NCBI GenBank assembly: GCA_951406725.2
Contig: OX597821.1
Coordinates: 15,004,001-15,068,000, forward strand
Origin: Octopus vulgaris
Lineage: Eukaryota
Direction of reading: 5' to 3'
DNA: 64,000 nt
Position 1 is the first letter of the stretch; every line of letters begins with the position of its first letter. A program made the translations under genes and the position numbers. The notes under the pieces were generated by a model. It did no database searches and had not been told where the DNA came from. It was given only the letters and a program-made list of their open reading frames with translations. Shown here piece by piece: positions 1 through 12,342 of this stretch.

Positions 1-345
1 ACCCTCCAGATATACCATTTATCAGATATCTTGAGGAAATTTCGAACGTGGGTATTTTCCGATATTATTATTATTCCGGTCACTGGCTGGAATCGAAATC
101 TTGAGATTAGTAGCCCGCACTTTTAACCACTAAACCATATTACTATATGCACTAAGCCATATGCCCGTGGGCAATTATGGAGTGAATTCTAGGGTTTATA
201 AATCTAATATTTTCCTATCTTTCCTTAATACCGGTTCAACAAATGTTTGACAAACAACAATGTTTTGTTTATATTATTTACATTATTTACATCCTCATAT
301 TGTTTGTTGTTAACACAACGTTTCGGCTGATATACCCTCCAAGAG
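1..345 (-). mobile_element. Tandem repeat unit with tRNA-like Pol III head plus hammerhead-like motif (retrozyme/SINE-like), truncated by the window edge
   Basis: Minus strand: HHR 3' half cagcc-GAAA-CGTT-gtgtt plus tail (342->255), spacer, tRNA-like head with A-box tggtttagtgg and degenerate B-box (167->78), then ccacgttcgaaatttcctcaagatatCTGAT..ctggagggt (55->1). accctcca recurs at 1 and ~335. Homologous to 28256-28376. Confidence 0.6.
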
Positions 346-421
346 AAACAAAAATACGAACACACATTCAAATACACCCACCATATAAATGTATGCTTGT
401 ATGTACGTATCTCTCTATGTT

Positions 422-465
<44 letters not shown>

Positions 466-477
466 TCTATCGATCTA

Positions 478-775
478 ACTACGATAGGCTTCCTTTAGTT
501 TCTGTCTGCCAAATCCACATACAAGGCTTTGGTCCAGGGCTGTGAACGGAATCATATATTTGGGAAGAAAACTGGGATCTTTTCCTTTTGATGGACGGAA
601 TTTTCTAGTTAACTAAACAATTTGAAACTTCGTATACTGGTAGAATGTGTCAAAAGAAAACATTATTGTAAACAAAATTGAAAACCAAACTGTAATTTGT
701 AAGTTTAACGTAGTTTAATTCTTCGAATTTTAACCAATGAAACGCCAGCATTTGAGCTTACCACACAGCCACATT
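478..775 (-). mobile_element. Degraded SINE-D 5' half interrupted by an unrelated ~185 bp insertion
   Basis: gtctgccaaatccacatacaaggcttt and cttaccacacagccac match the reverse complement of the SINE-D copy at 42547; 572-755 is foreign. Confidence 0.55.
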
Positions 776-1159
776 CATAATTAATAAAACAATTGAAAAA
801 GCGGTAATTTACAAAGAGAAAAATAAGCTCGAAATTATCACTATTGGTATTAGAAATCAGATATTAGATAGACATATTACTATTAAGTATAAATACGATT
901 TTATTTTGATTAAGCAAGGTGTTGCTAATGTATAGGCGAGACGTATCTGAAATTCATGTAATTTTGATGCATATTATTGGTGTAAATGAATATTCTACCG
1001 GAAATCAACCTATATATAAATAAAAAGTAAGCTAAAAATCCAATAGAGTATGAAAATAATATAATAACATCTGGAATAATCAGTAACAAGTTTAATACGT
1101 AATAAAGAATAGATTGGACTTAAAGATTTCTGATTTAGATACAGGGTTAGTAATATTTA

Positions 1160-1340
1160 AGGGAGAGCTTAGTCAATACCATTGACCCCCAGTACATACA
1201 CTTGAACTTAAATGTATCGACTTGCGAGGGATGAAATGCAAAGCTGACCCCGCTAGGATTTGAGATCAGAATGTTCAGAGATGGAACGAATACTGCAATG
1301 CATTTTTCTGACGTTCTCACGATTCTGCCACTTCTCTACC
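1160..1340 (-). mobile_element. Old SINE-B (Nin/Deu-domain-like) copy
   Basis: gaccccagtac...tatcgac...gatgaaatgcaaagctgacc similar to 41990-42217. Confidence 0.6.
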
Positions 1341-2409
1341 TTAATAGAAGATATCATTGGAAATAACAGCAACTTTTTTTCTCACTCTATCGTTTATCCT
1401 CCTTGCTTCACCATCGGTTTCTTTATCAACATAACCAACACGACTATTACCATAGAAAAAAAAAATGAATCGATAACAAATAAAATTTTTTAGAATAAAC
1501 TACAATCGCATGTCATAAAAGCCTAAAATAGAACTACAACAATAATAACAACTACTAGTAAAACCAACACGAACCGCTACTGTTGCGGATCATATGAAAA
1601 TCAACTGCTGTTTGCAAGAAAGGAAACACAAGATAAAAAGTGAAGATGGTGGAATCAACAACGCAATCATTTTGTTAGCAAGAAAAGAAAGCAAGAAAAG
1701 GAAAACAAAGAATACCAAAAAAATGAAACAACAACAAAATAAAACGTTAAGATGTATGTGCTCTGTCTTTTTTCTTCTTTCCTATCATCCTATTTTCCTT
1801 TCTCATGCCATGTTTTCCCTATCTTACTCCCATCTTTTCATGGTGGAGGATAATAGCAAAATGAACAATAGTAATAACAGTAATAATATATTAATAAATG
1901 CAACAACCAAAAGAAACACAAGACCAGAAAGCAGTAAGAAAGAGAAGGAAATTTCACCCAAAAACAACAACTAACTACAAGTAAATATGGAAGAAAATTG
2001 AAGATAAGAAAGGAGAGAGAAAAAAAATTACGAAATTACAAAATTTTGAAGTAACAATGTAAGAAAGGAAAACAAAATGACCATCAAGTTATTGCAGTTT
2101 GCTGAAATTAAATATATTTCTGTAATATTTTGTAATTACATTAGACAAAGCGAATCCAGCCAGTAATTTTCTCAATTAAATAGCAAAGTGTAGCGTCTGA
2201 AAATATAATTTATTTCTTTTTATTATTTCTGTATAAGTTTCATCTCACCCCCCACTTCTCTCTACTTTTAGATAAGGAGAATGTTTATTTCATCGAGTTT
2301 GCCAGATTTCTAGGATAGGAATTATTATATTATTGGTGAGAATAACAATAAGAATAGCTATAAAAATAACAATAATAAATAGCTGTGGTTGTGGTAGTAA
2401 TAATACAAA

Positions 2410-3525
2410 GTGTTTCTTAGGCACATGGTAATTTTGAAGACTTGGAATAGTTGATTTCTCCAACTCTCAGTAGGTGACTGGTACGCTATTTTATTGAACC
2501 TCAAAGTATGAATGGCAAAGTTGACCTCAGCGGATTTGAACACAATAATAAATGACGCAAAGTAGTTTTTCGGACGCTCTTACGATTCTGTTAAACCACC
2601 ATCCTGAGTAATAATATTTGTTTCTGATGTAAGTAAAAGGCCAGTACTTTTGTGGAAAGCAAAAGTAGTAGGCACAACCGACATAGTACTTGGGTGATAA
2701 CTTATATCATCAGCCCCTGGATGGGTGAAAAGCAAAGTTAATAACGGCAAGACTTGAAATCAGAAATTAGGAACAAATACAAAGTAAATATTCCTCCCCC
2801 ACCCCGATACTCTGAAAATTCTGCAAGATTGCTGTCGTAAGAATAGCAGCAATAAAATAATAACGAGAATACTATAGATGAACCCGACCGGTCTCAAAAA
2901 TTAAGTAAAAATAACAGCGAAAATAATCCAGAATCTTTGACCGGTACCGGATCGAGACCAAAATATAATCAGTTCGTGCCAGTCACGAGGCCAAACATCC
3001 TTGAATGTTTCATCCGAATCCATCCAGCGGTTATTTTTAGATATCTTGTCCACGGACAAACAAACACGACTGAAAACAATACCTCCGACTTCGCTAAAGC
3101 GGAGGTAATATTCCCTTCTAGCTTTGACACAAGGCCAACAGTTTTAGGTAGAGTAGGATTAGGGGATGTCATTGATCCTGGTTCTTGTTACCGAAAGGAA
3201 TTATGGCGAACTCGACCTAGGTGAAATTTGAACTTACAGAGAAAACGTAGACTAAAGGTAGCTAAGCTTTTCGTCCAGCGTGCTAACGATTTTGCCATCT
3301 CACTGCATTAATAATAATCCTCTCTTTTACAGGCACAGCGCCTGAAATTTTGTGGAAGATGGCTAGTTGATAACATCAATTCGACAGGTATTTATTTCAT
3401 CAATCCTGAAAGGCACATTCGACCTCAGCGAAATTTGAACTCAGAACATAAAGACGGACTAAATACCACTAAGCATTGCATTTTATCCGTCATACTAATG
3501 CTTCTGGCCACTCTCCGCATTGAAT
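2410..3525 (-). mobile_element. Cluster of about four old head-to-tail SINE-B-type copies (approx. 2410-2605, 2620-2835, 3112-3310, 3320-3525)
   Basis: Repeated ggcaaagttgacctc/gacctcagcgaaatttgaactcagaac and acaaggcca-type tail motifs, separated by aataat tracts. Confidence 0.65.
2880..3110 (+). mobile_element. Helentron/DINE-like non-autonomous fragment
   Basis: tttcatccgaatccatccagcgg...acaaacaaacacg followed by terminal hairpin tacctccg-acttcgctaaag-cggaggta (3080-3107). Confidence 0.45.
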
Positions 3526-3829
3526 AATATTTTCTATTGGGAAACAACAAAAAACAACAGTAGAAATAATAATTCCATTAGAATTGTAACTGGGAGAAAT
3601 TATGATTTTATTCTTTCTATATTCATACTTTGGATCTGCTTGATTGGAAGACATCCAAGAAAAAAACAATGCTTATGTCATCGTAACCTTGTTTGAATAT
3701 ATCAACAGACTAAGGAATATGCAAATGCAGTTGGCTTTATAGCTTCGTATTATCCGAAATCGGATTCTCTAAATAGGCAATGTATACGACCATATCACAT
3801 CATATCATATCATATCAAATCATAAATAT

Positions 3830-4034
3830 ATATAGTTAATCCAAACAAGAAAACACAAAAAAACACAGCAACGCGAGGACGTGGAACAAATAAAGTATTA
3901 TTGGACGCTCAGGAAAGAAGGGAAGAAGGAGGGTTTAACGTTTCGAGCGGAGCTCTTCGTCGGAAACAAAGGAGAAGGAAAGATCCCGAGAAGGGAAGAC
4001 AGAGGAAAAAAAATTGCTGGCGGTGCTCATGAGG

Positions 4035-4036
<2 letters not shown>
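3830..4036 (-). mobile_element. Penelope-like 3' end fragment next to (TA)n
   Basis: Pyrimidine-rich minus strand carrying the HHR at 3933-3967; related fragment around 60270-60410. Confidence 0.5.
3933..3967 (-). ncRNA. Minimal type-I hammerhead ribozyme motif (U4C variant)
   Basis: gttt-CCGACGA-a-gagc-tcc-gctc-GAAA-CG-TT-aaac: stems I and II pair, palindromic AACGTT replaces stem III. Confidence 0.6.
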
Positions 4037-4073
<37 letters not shown>

Positions 4074-4724
4074 CGTGTGTGTTTGTGTATTTCAAAGATA
4101 TATAAATATATAATATATATGTCTATATGTATGTACATGTGTATGTGTGTGTTTGTGTGTGTGTGTGTGTGTGCGTGCGGTGTTTGTGTGTACGCGCGTT
4201 TATGGCTGCTCATCTCTGCTGACTCATCAAGAAGCGATAAATTCCAGGACTCAGCACGTAAATATAGAGAACATCTCAACATATTTTGAGGAAAGGACAT
4301 ATGTTGTTAGTACTCCGAATTTCACAATTTGTCACTCTTTCAACTGATCTTCTGATGGTTTTGGCTTCTAGAAAACGAAGAAACGAACAGCTTAAAATAT
4401 CCGATGTACAGTTGTAGGACGTGCCATATCTGTTAACGGACACTTGGAACATTTATAGTAGCGAACACTCCTGTCAATTTCTTGCATTCAAGAATGAACT
4501 GATCTCAAAATTGTCACTACAAGAATAAAATTACCTTTGGAAATTTTGCTCTGGCTACAATGTAATAATACAAAAGAAAGAAACCCAAAACCCAGATACA
4601 GAAATGGATTGAAATTCTGGTGATTTTCAAATGTCTTAAAATTCCTTGATATTTTTGTTTATAGCTGAAAGTTTTATATACATGCTAACATTTTAATATA
4701 TACAATATATATAGTTACATAAAG

Positions 4725-4905
4725 GAAGCGAGATGGCAGAATCATTAGCATTCTGGGAAAAATGCTTGGGCATTTTGACCTTCTTTAGGTTCTGAGGTCA
4801 AATTCCACCGAGGTCGACTTTGCTTTTCATTCTTTCGGAACACTGGGTCAATGTAAACGACTCTCCCACTACCGTATAATTACTTTGAGTCAAAATTTGA
4901 AACCA
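4725..4905 (+). mobile_element. Old SINE-B copy
   Basis: atggcagaatcattagc...gtcaaattccaccgaggtcgactttgcttttcattctttcgg. Confidence 0.7.
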
Positions 4906-4974
4906 GCATGCATGCATGCATACATACGTACATGCATACATACATACATACATACATACATACATACACAGGTA

Positions 4975-6345
4975 CTACACATCTTTCACGCACTTTGATA
5001 AACCTTTGTAATCCCATAACTTTAACTATCCACACCCAAAATAAACTTTGAACTAAGACAAAGTAAGCCTAGCAAACTACTGCTTAAAAAATACTACCAT
5101 TCTCTTATTCTTTCTCACACACACTTTTTCCAATTTCTTCCAATTTCTTCAAATTCCCTACTTCCCACTTCCCTCTTAGCCTTCCCACCGCCCCACTTTC
5201 AAACCGTATTTAACACTACCCGACTCCTTAGAAAGCTAACCAATCTACCTCTACACCTCCCTATTCATATCCCTATATTCAATTTCATGTTTCTCTCCGA
5301 ACCATAACACCCGCTCCCATATCAATCTAATTCTTTTGTCCTACTAATAACTACTATTTTGACCATTCACTCACCCCCACTCTTCCCCTCCATATCCTCT
5401 CATCCCTCTCTACATACCTTACTAATCTTTCTCAGCCACTGAACCAGTCAACTTATTTCCATCAAATAATGGCCATTCTCATTTTGATTACCTCAACTCT
5501 ATAGCCTTCATACAAACTAACACAAAGGTCACCATTCATATACTACCTAAAGTAGTGGAGGCGTAATGGCCCAGTGATTAGGGCAGCGGACTCGCGGTCG
5601 TAGGATCGCGGTTTCGATTCCCAGACCGGGCGTTGTGAGTGTTTATTGAGCGAAAACACCTAAAGCTCCACGAGGCTCCGGCAGGGATGGTGGTGACCCC
5701 TGCTGTACTCTTTCACCACAACTTTCCCTCACTCTTACTTCCTGTTTCTGTTGTACCTGTATTTCAAAGAGCCGGCCTTGTCACTCTCTGTGTCACGCTG
5801 AATATCCCCGAGAACTACGTTAAGGGTGCACGTGTCTGTGGAGTGCTCAGCCAATTACACGTTAATTTCACGAGCAGGCTGTTCCGTTGATTCGGATCAA
5901 CCGGAACCCTCGTCGTCGTAACCGACGGAGTTCTTCCACTACCTAAACTACCCTTCCCTCTTCCTCCCACCATCCATTTATAACTCTGAAATAACCTCTA
6001 ACCCTGACATCTATTTCCTCCTCTCACTACTCTCTATCTAAATACATCCCAGCTCCTCCTGATAATACACTTAGTTCTTCACAAAATCATTCCATCTTTA
6101 ATATCTTCTCCGTCAACACCTCAAATGTAAACTTCTTTTCTGAAGACAGAGGCTGGCATTATCTGATGATGGAATAAATTTACAACCATTATTTTGAACC
6201 ACCAAGCCCCCAGAAACAGCTGCCGGACTCGATGAATTTATTCAACCCCTATAATTCCTAATATAATTTCTATTCTATAAACATATGATTTATAGGTAAA
6301 CATATGTACATTTTTTGTATTAAATGTATTTAATATTGTTTGTGT
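4975..6345 (+). mobile_element. Decayed Penelope-like element 3' region, interrupted by SINE-A, with degenerate HHR at 6140-6228
   Basis: Strong C/T skew on one strand; CTGAAGA-cagaggctgg...ccaagccccca-GAAA-CAGCTG near the 3' end; flanked by (TACA)n. Confidence 0.45.
5552..5937 (+). mobile_element. SINE-A, full-length tRNA-derived SINE
   Basis: A-box tggcccagtga, B-box gtttcgattcc; 10-bp TSD actacctaaa (5542-5551 / 5938-5947); near-identical to 11963-12342. Confidence 0.92.
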
Positions 6346-7855
6346 ATCGACTTGCCTGACTTGCTTATCCTTACATTTATTCCTCTATCAGATCAAGTTT
6401 AAATCTCTTGAGCACTACGAAGTATATTCTATACGGAGAATATCTATCTTTTATCTATAAACCATATTCCTTTTGCTCGGCCGAGCGCTACTTATAGATA
6501 ACACTCATGGATAAGCAATTCTTGGGCATGTCTACAAAAAAGCTTTTCTCTTAAGTAACAGTAATATTCCTAGTCCATACAGGACTAGGAGAAAGTCTGA
6601 CACCGACACATGCGTCACATTAACCCAGTGGTGTATGGTTATGTCTTGGTTTCACATGAACAAGTATTCTTGCTTAGTGTTAGCAGCGCTTTGCGCCTGC
6701 AAGTTAAATTCAAAAGAAAGGGAAACAATCAGAGTAAACCGGAAATAAATCGGCTGAAGGCAATATGAATCATCAGATTTTAGCATTGAGGTACATGATC
6801 TCTGACATATATGAGTACGTAAAATTATACGCGTAAAGAAAAAGAGACACAGGTCATTACTTCAAGCTAATAAAAATCTGTTCAACAGCTTTTATTTATT
6901 CATTTTGCTTATAGCTTTGGATATAACGGAGGCATGTTTTGATTTTCTTTGCATTGAAAATCAATGAGAATATCAGAAAATATAACACTCGCCATTAAAT
7001 GGTAGTATTAGTTTCAGGCATAAGAATATGCTAGAAAAACTGAAGTTAATTGTTTGCTGAACTGCATTATCGATTTCATAGTATCGATCATTCTAGAAAT
7101 ATGTGTAAACATATTGAGAGTGACACTGAGTGGTAGTTTAAAGAGTTGAACTGGTTTCAGCTGGTTAAATTCGGTTTGAAACAACCGGTTTCACCAAATA
7201 TAAGAATACTTCATATCCATGTAAATGTTTGTTTAGGATTTTGTTATGGACTGAAGTAAAATCTCTTCAAGGTTACTCTCGATAAACAGAATCAAAATAC
7301 CGCAAACATATCTTATGCAAAAATTATGTACCATGTCATGAGATGTCTCAATGGCATTTAGTCAGCTCACACCTGACTAAATATGTATAGTATTTCCTTA
7401 TTAACTTGCTACTAGCTGCTCGGCTCATCTGAACTCCAGGAAACGAAGTAAGAAAAATGTCAAACTTCTTTAATTTCCATTAAAGAGTAAAATAAGCAAA
7501 ATCAATGCAATCACAGATAGAACAACGAACCACTAACGAATATGTCGGGTGTTGTTGGTGTTATTGTTGTTTTCAAGCCAGCTTTCATTGAGCAGACTTA
7601 TGATCAAAAGCATTCAAGCTGATACTGTCCCGTTTTCACTCCTTCCCATTTGTAATGCTACTGAGTGAGAATTCAAATGCCTTTAGCTGTCATTCATAGT
7701 AAATCGAGCGAATATTATTTATTTCATTGGTGGGGACTAACCACGTGAAAACGTAAAGGGTAAATATAAGGACAATCTAATAACTGAATTCACAAAGGAA
7801 TATCTGTCATTTATAATTTCCCGTAAATTTCAAACACACTCACGCACATACACTT

Positions 7856-8186
7856 GTGAAGGCGCATGGCTCAGTGGTTAGAGCGTCGAGCTTACGATCG
7901 TGTGGTTTTGAGCTCGAATCCCGGACCGGGTTGCGTGTTGTGTTTTTGAGCAAGACACTTTATTTCACATTGCTCCAGTTCACTCAGCTGTAGAAATGAG
8001 TTGCGATGTGCCAAGCTGTATCGGCCTTTGCCTTTCCCTTAGATAACACTGGTGGCATGGAGTGGGGAGGCCGGTATAAATGGGTTACTGCTGGTCTTCC
8101 ATAAACAACCTTGCCCGGACTTGTGCCTGGGAGGGTAACTTTCTAGGTGTAATCCCATGGTCTGTGTCGTGACCGAAGGGGGTCTC
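7856..8186 (+). mobile_element. SINE-C, tRNA-derived SINE with Meta/CORE-like central domain
   Basis: A-box tggctcagtgg, B-box gctcgaatcc, central ttgagcaagacactttatttcacattgctccagttcactcagctg; partial copy at 9316-9444. Confidence 0.85.
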
Positions 8187-8397
8187 AGAAAATGTACATG
8201 CAGATATGCACATACATATACATACATATATATTCCTATGTGTATGTATATGTTACATATGTGTTTATATGTATATATGTGCTTCTGTTTGTCTGTATGT
8301 ATGTATATGAGGAAACGCAACTTAACAGTAATAGCAAAATTGATTCAACAGCTATGTGTAATAGGCGGAGAAATTATAGCTTTTCTTTACCAACAGA

Positions 8398-8595
8398 AGG
8401 CGCGGTGAGCTGTCAGAACTGTTAGCTCACCGGTGAAGATACTTAGTGACACTTACTCCGTTGATCCCATCGTGGTAGACTTTGCCTCTCACTCTCTCGG
8501 GAATGATGAGATAAAGTACCAGCCAAGCATTGGAGTCGATATAACCAACTTTCTTCCACCCACTCAAAATTGCTGGCCTTGTGCTAAAATTAAAA
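8398..8595 (+). mobile_element. Old SINE-B copy
   Basis: ggcgcggtgagctgtcagaac...gactttgcctctcactctctcggg...aaagtaccag. Confidence 0.6.
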
Positions 8596-9315
8596 GAAAT
8601 AGTTTGCTTTCAGTCATCTTTCCTTCCAAAAAATTCTACTGAAGTGATTCTTGGAAACGTTTATCATGTGAAAGTTAATCCTTCTTTAAAATCCTTAGCT
8701 GGTTCAAATTTCTTTAATCGTAATCCTGTTAATTATTTTGAATTCTACATTCCTACTTCAGATGAATATACTCCTCGATATATTTTCTCTATCTTAAATT
8801 ATCAATTTTTCCTATATCCTAAGTTATAAGATAATTAACTCTTTCCTTGATAAATATTTTCTTCCTTCAAGTTAAGGCTTTTCCCGCCTATTGATTTGAC
8901 CTCACTCTACTAAATTCCAAATAACTCCGAATAACGTAAATACTTCTGCTTATGACTTTTATAAGACGTAGGCGTTGTTCGAAATTATTTAATGTTACGA
9001 TTTAATGCTATTTCTCATTTAATTATTTCGTTATTAAAATTTGTTTACAATAATTTTTACCTAAAATTAGATTTGCAACTTGCTTAAATTACTACAAGCA
9101 CACTGTGTGAAGACATCTCCAACACAAAAGGCATACTATACATGATGCTATACGCACATATATAACACACATCATAGATTTATGGATGCACATATAAACA
9201 CTCCACACCAGATAATTTCACACGCACATACATATATGCAAACACAAACTATTTATAATATTATGCACAATATACAAACCGTGTACATTCCAGGATAAAT
9301 TATATATATATATTA

Positions 9316-9444
9316 CCAGCTGTGGATTGGAGCAACGTAAAATTAAGAGTTTTGCTCAAGAACACAACGAATCGCTCTGTCTAGGAATAGAAATCAAGAT
9401 CTTACGATCATGAGTTCAATACCTTAACCACTAAGCCACGCGCC
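9316..9444 (-). mobile_element. Partial SINE-C copy
   Basis: Reverse complement reads ggcgcgtggcttagtggttaagg...gtgttcttgagcaaaactc...gttgctccaatccacagctg. Confidence 0.7.
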
Positions 9445-9604
9445 AATTTTTACATACGTACATGCAACAGGTGTTGGTGTGTTAACATACACATATATGT
9501 ACATACATATATACACATACATACATATACATACATACATACACACATATACATACACCCATACATATACATACATATATATACATACATACATATACAT
9601 ACAT

Positions 9605-9657
<53 letters not shown>

Positions 9658-10275
9658 TAGTTGAATGAATTATCTTAGTATGGATAATTCGGTTAACCGA
9701 TACCTGGGTAGCAAATTCACGTCAGAAAAACACGGTTGAAGCTACATGCCAAGGGCAGAGATCACGTGCTTTCGTGTGGAAATTTGTGTGTTTTTTTAAT
9801 ACAAATAAATAAATATATATATATATATATATATAGGTTAGTAGAGTTAGAGGTTAGAATAACCGTCTAAGAGAGAAGAGTATCTATTACACTACTGGTA
9901 TAATTTCCTATGTTAACTCTGGACATATATATGCAAGCATATTATGCGCATAGATTACAGGTAATGACAAAGATAAACATGAGTTTATCATGAATCAAAG
10001 TTAAAGTAAACAGATCCTATGGCACTAGTTATCCTGCTTTTGGTTGCCTCTAGTTGATGTCAGTAGGTTGAAGAGGATCTGTGAGGTGCTGTGCGAACAT
10101 ATTTTTGAGCCTAAAAAATTTGGTTAAGCGATCGCTGGCAAGGCGACTATCAGACGCCGGATGACCATCATAACTAGAATGAAGCCGACCCCCATGCTCG
10201 GGAATTGCTAGCATTTCGTATGGCCAATATTCAGAGATGGCCTTCCTCTGTCACGAATGAACAACCATTATATAT

Positions 10276-10652
10276 GTGGCTGGGCGGTAAGAAGCTTGCT
10301 CTCGGGTTACGTCACATTACGTGGCAACTTGGGCAAATGTCTTCTACTATAGCCTCGGGCCAACCAGAGTCTTGTGAGTGAACTTGCTAGATGGAACCCG
10401 AAAGAATTCCATCGTGTATATATATGTGTGTGTGTGTATGTCTTAGGGCTTGTGTTTGTCCCCACATCACCGCTTGAAACAGGTGTTGGTGTGTTAACGT
10501 CCCCGTAACTTAGCAGTTCGCCATAAAATACCGATAGAATAAGTACTAGGCTTAAAAAGTCCTGGTTTCGATTCATTCGACTAACAACTCTTCAAAGCTG
10601 TGCTCCAGTATGACCGTAGTCAATTGGCTGAACAAGTAAAAGAATAAAGGAA
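10276..10652 (+). mobile_element. SINE-D copy
   Basis: cttgggcaaatgtcttctactatagcc, internal (TA/TG)n, tail ccgatagaataagtact...gctccagtatgaccg...aacaagtaaaaga. Confidence 0.85.
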
Positions 10653-10666
10653 TATCTCTCTCTCTC

Positions 10667-10718
<52 letters not shown>

Positions 10719-11962
10719 TATATATATTTATATATATATATCAGCCATTCTTGGAGACTTAACAGTGGCGTTTACATCACTTGATGTATCTCAGATAAGT
10801 AAGTAGCCCGTCATTTTATCTACATATCAAATTTAGTACTTCCAGAAAACTGGAACTTGTAGTTTGCATTCTATAAATATTTTACACGTTATTTCATATC
10901 AGAGGCTTTTTCAGAAAAGAACCCAGTCTACTCAGTATTCAGGCATGATATATATCTAAACAGACGGAGGTGACATATAAATATTTATTTACCTATTTCT
11001 CCGTAGACAGAAAAAATGACGAACAACCTTACTTGATTTTCGGAACTTACTGCAGTCCGATAAGAGGTGTATCATCACTTGATCAAATCCCAGAGAAAAA
11101 AGCAACCAGTCATGAAATCTAATATGTATGCTCGATAATTGTATTTATTTCTGCAATCCTTATAGGTAGTTGTAAAATCATGACCAGGTTATTGTTTGTA
11201 GCTTAAATTCAGATTTCCAGGTCAGACAATTTCCAATACATACATATTATTCACTGAATGTTAATGAATTTATTGAGCTAGGTAAGAGAATTAAATAAGT
11301 CATAATTTTTTATGTAAATTTCATAATAGACAATTTTCTTACTTGTTCTGTGTACCTCAAACTTCTGTCAGTTGTAACTATGAAATGCACAATAAAATGA
11401 TCTTGATATAAATAGCTAGGAGAAAAAATATAATATAATAAACCTAACACATGTTTAGAATATCGCTTTTAATTTAATATTTATATTAACGTACTTTTAT
11501 ATTTCCCCCCATTAACTTAACAGTTAATTAGATTGCTGAATTTTATATCCATAAATGATTCTACTAAAATAATATTTAAAATTTCAAATACATTTAAACA
11601 ACTATAAATGCCAGTTACAAAACAGAAACGATTCTATTACAATAGTATAACAATATCAATAATTGCAGATATAACAATTACAATAAAATTAATAATCAGA
11701 AAGACGTAACAAAAGCGTATCAACACTAACGGCATTAAAACATGACTACAGACAAGCAAGAGAAACAAAAGCGGCTAAAAAAATTTGAAGAAAATATAAA
11801 CAAAACTATCAATGCAGCGCTCACAACAGCACTAATAATTAACAAAACATTCTACCTCCACAACTATTGCTGCTGCTGCTGCTGCCGATGATGAATATTC
11901 GTTGAATCTCCATCCTTTGTTTTCGTGTATAGAATTTTATTCAAACTTCGATAATAACATGT

Positions 11963-12342
11963 GGAAGCACTCCGTCGGTTACGACGATGAGGGTTCCGGT
12001 TGATCCGATCAACGGAACAGCCTGCTCGTGAAATTAACGTGTAAGTGGCTGAGCACTCCACAGACACGTGTACCCTTAACGTAGTTCTCGGGGATATTCA
12101 GCGTGACACATAGAGTGACAAGGCCGGCCCTTTGAAATACAGGTACAACAGAAACAGGAAGTAAGAGTGAGAGAAAGTTGTGGTGAAAGAGTACAGCAGG
12201 GATCACCACCATCCCTGCCGGAGCCTCGTGAGCTTTAGGTGTTTTCGCTCAATAAACACTCACAACGCTCGGTCTGGGAATCGAAACCGCGATCCTACGA
12301 CCGCGAGTCCGCTGCCCTAACTACTGGGCCATTGCGCCTCCA
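11963..12342 (-). mobile_element. SINE-A, full length
   Basis: Reverse complement of 5552-5937; 14-bp TSD cgataataacatgt (11949-11962 / 12343-12356). Confidence 0.93.

Noticed and set aside
1594-1974. 126-aa ORF
   Set aside because: Low-complexity A-rich sequence with no recognisable domain.
5552-5630. tRNA gene-like sequence (also at 7860 and 42547)
   Set aside because: These are SINE heads: they continue into repeat bodies, are multi-copy, and lack a proper acceptor stem.
11045-11120. Minus-strand exon candidate with gtaagt donor
   Set aside because: Weak acceptor and an unrecognisable peptide; expected by chance in 64 kb.
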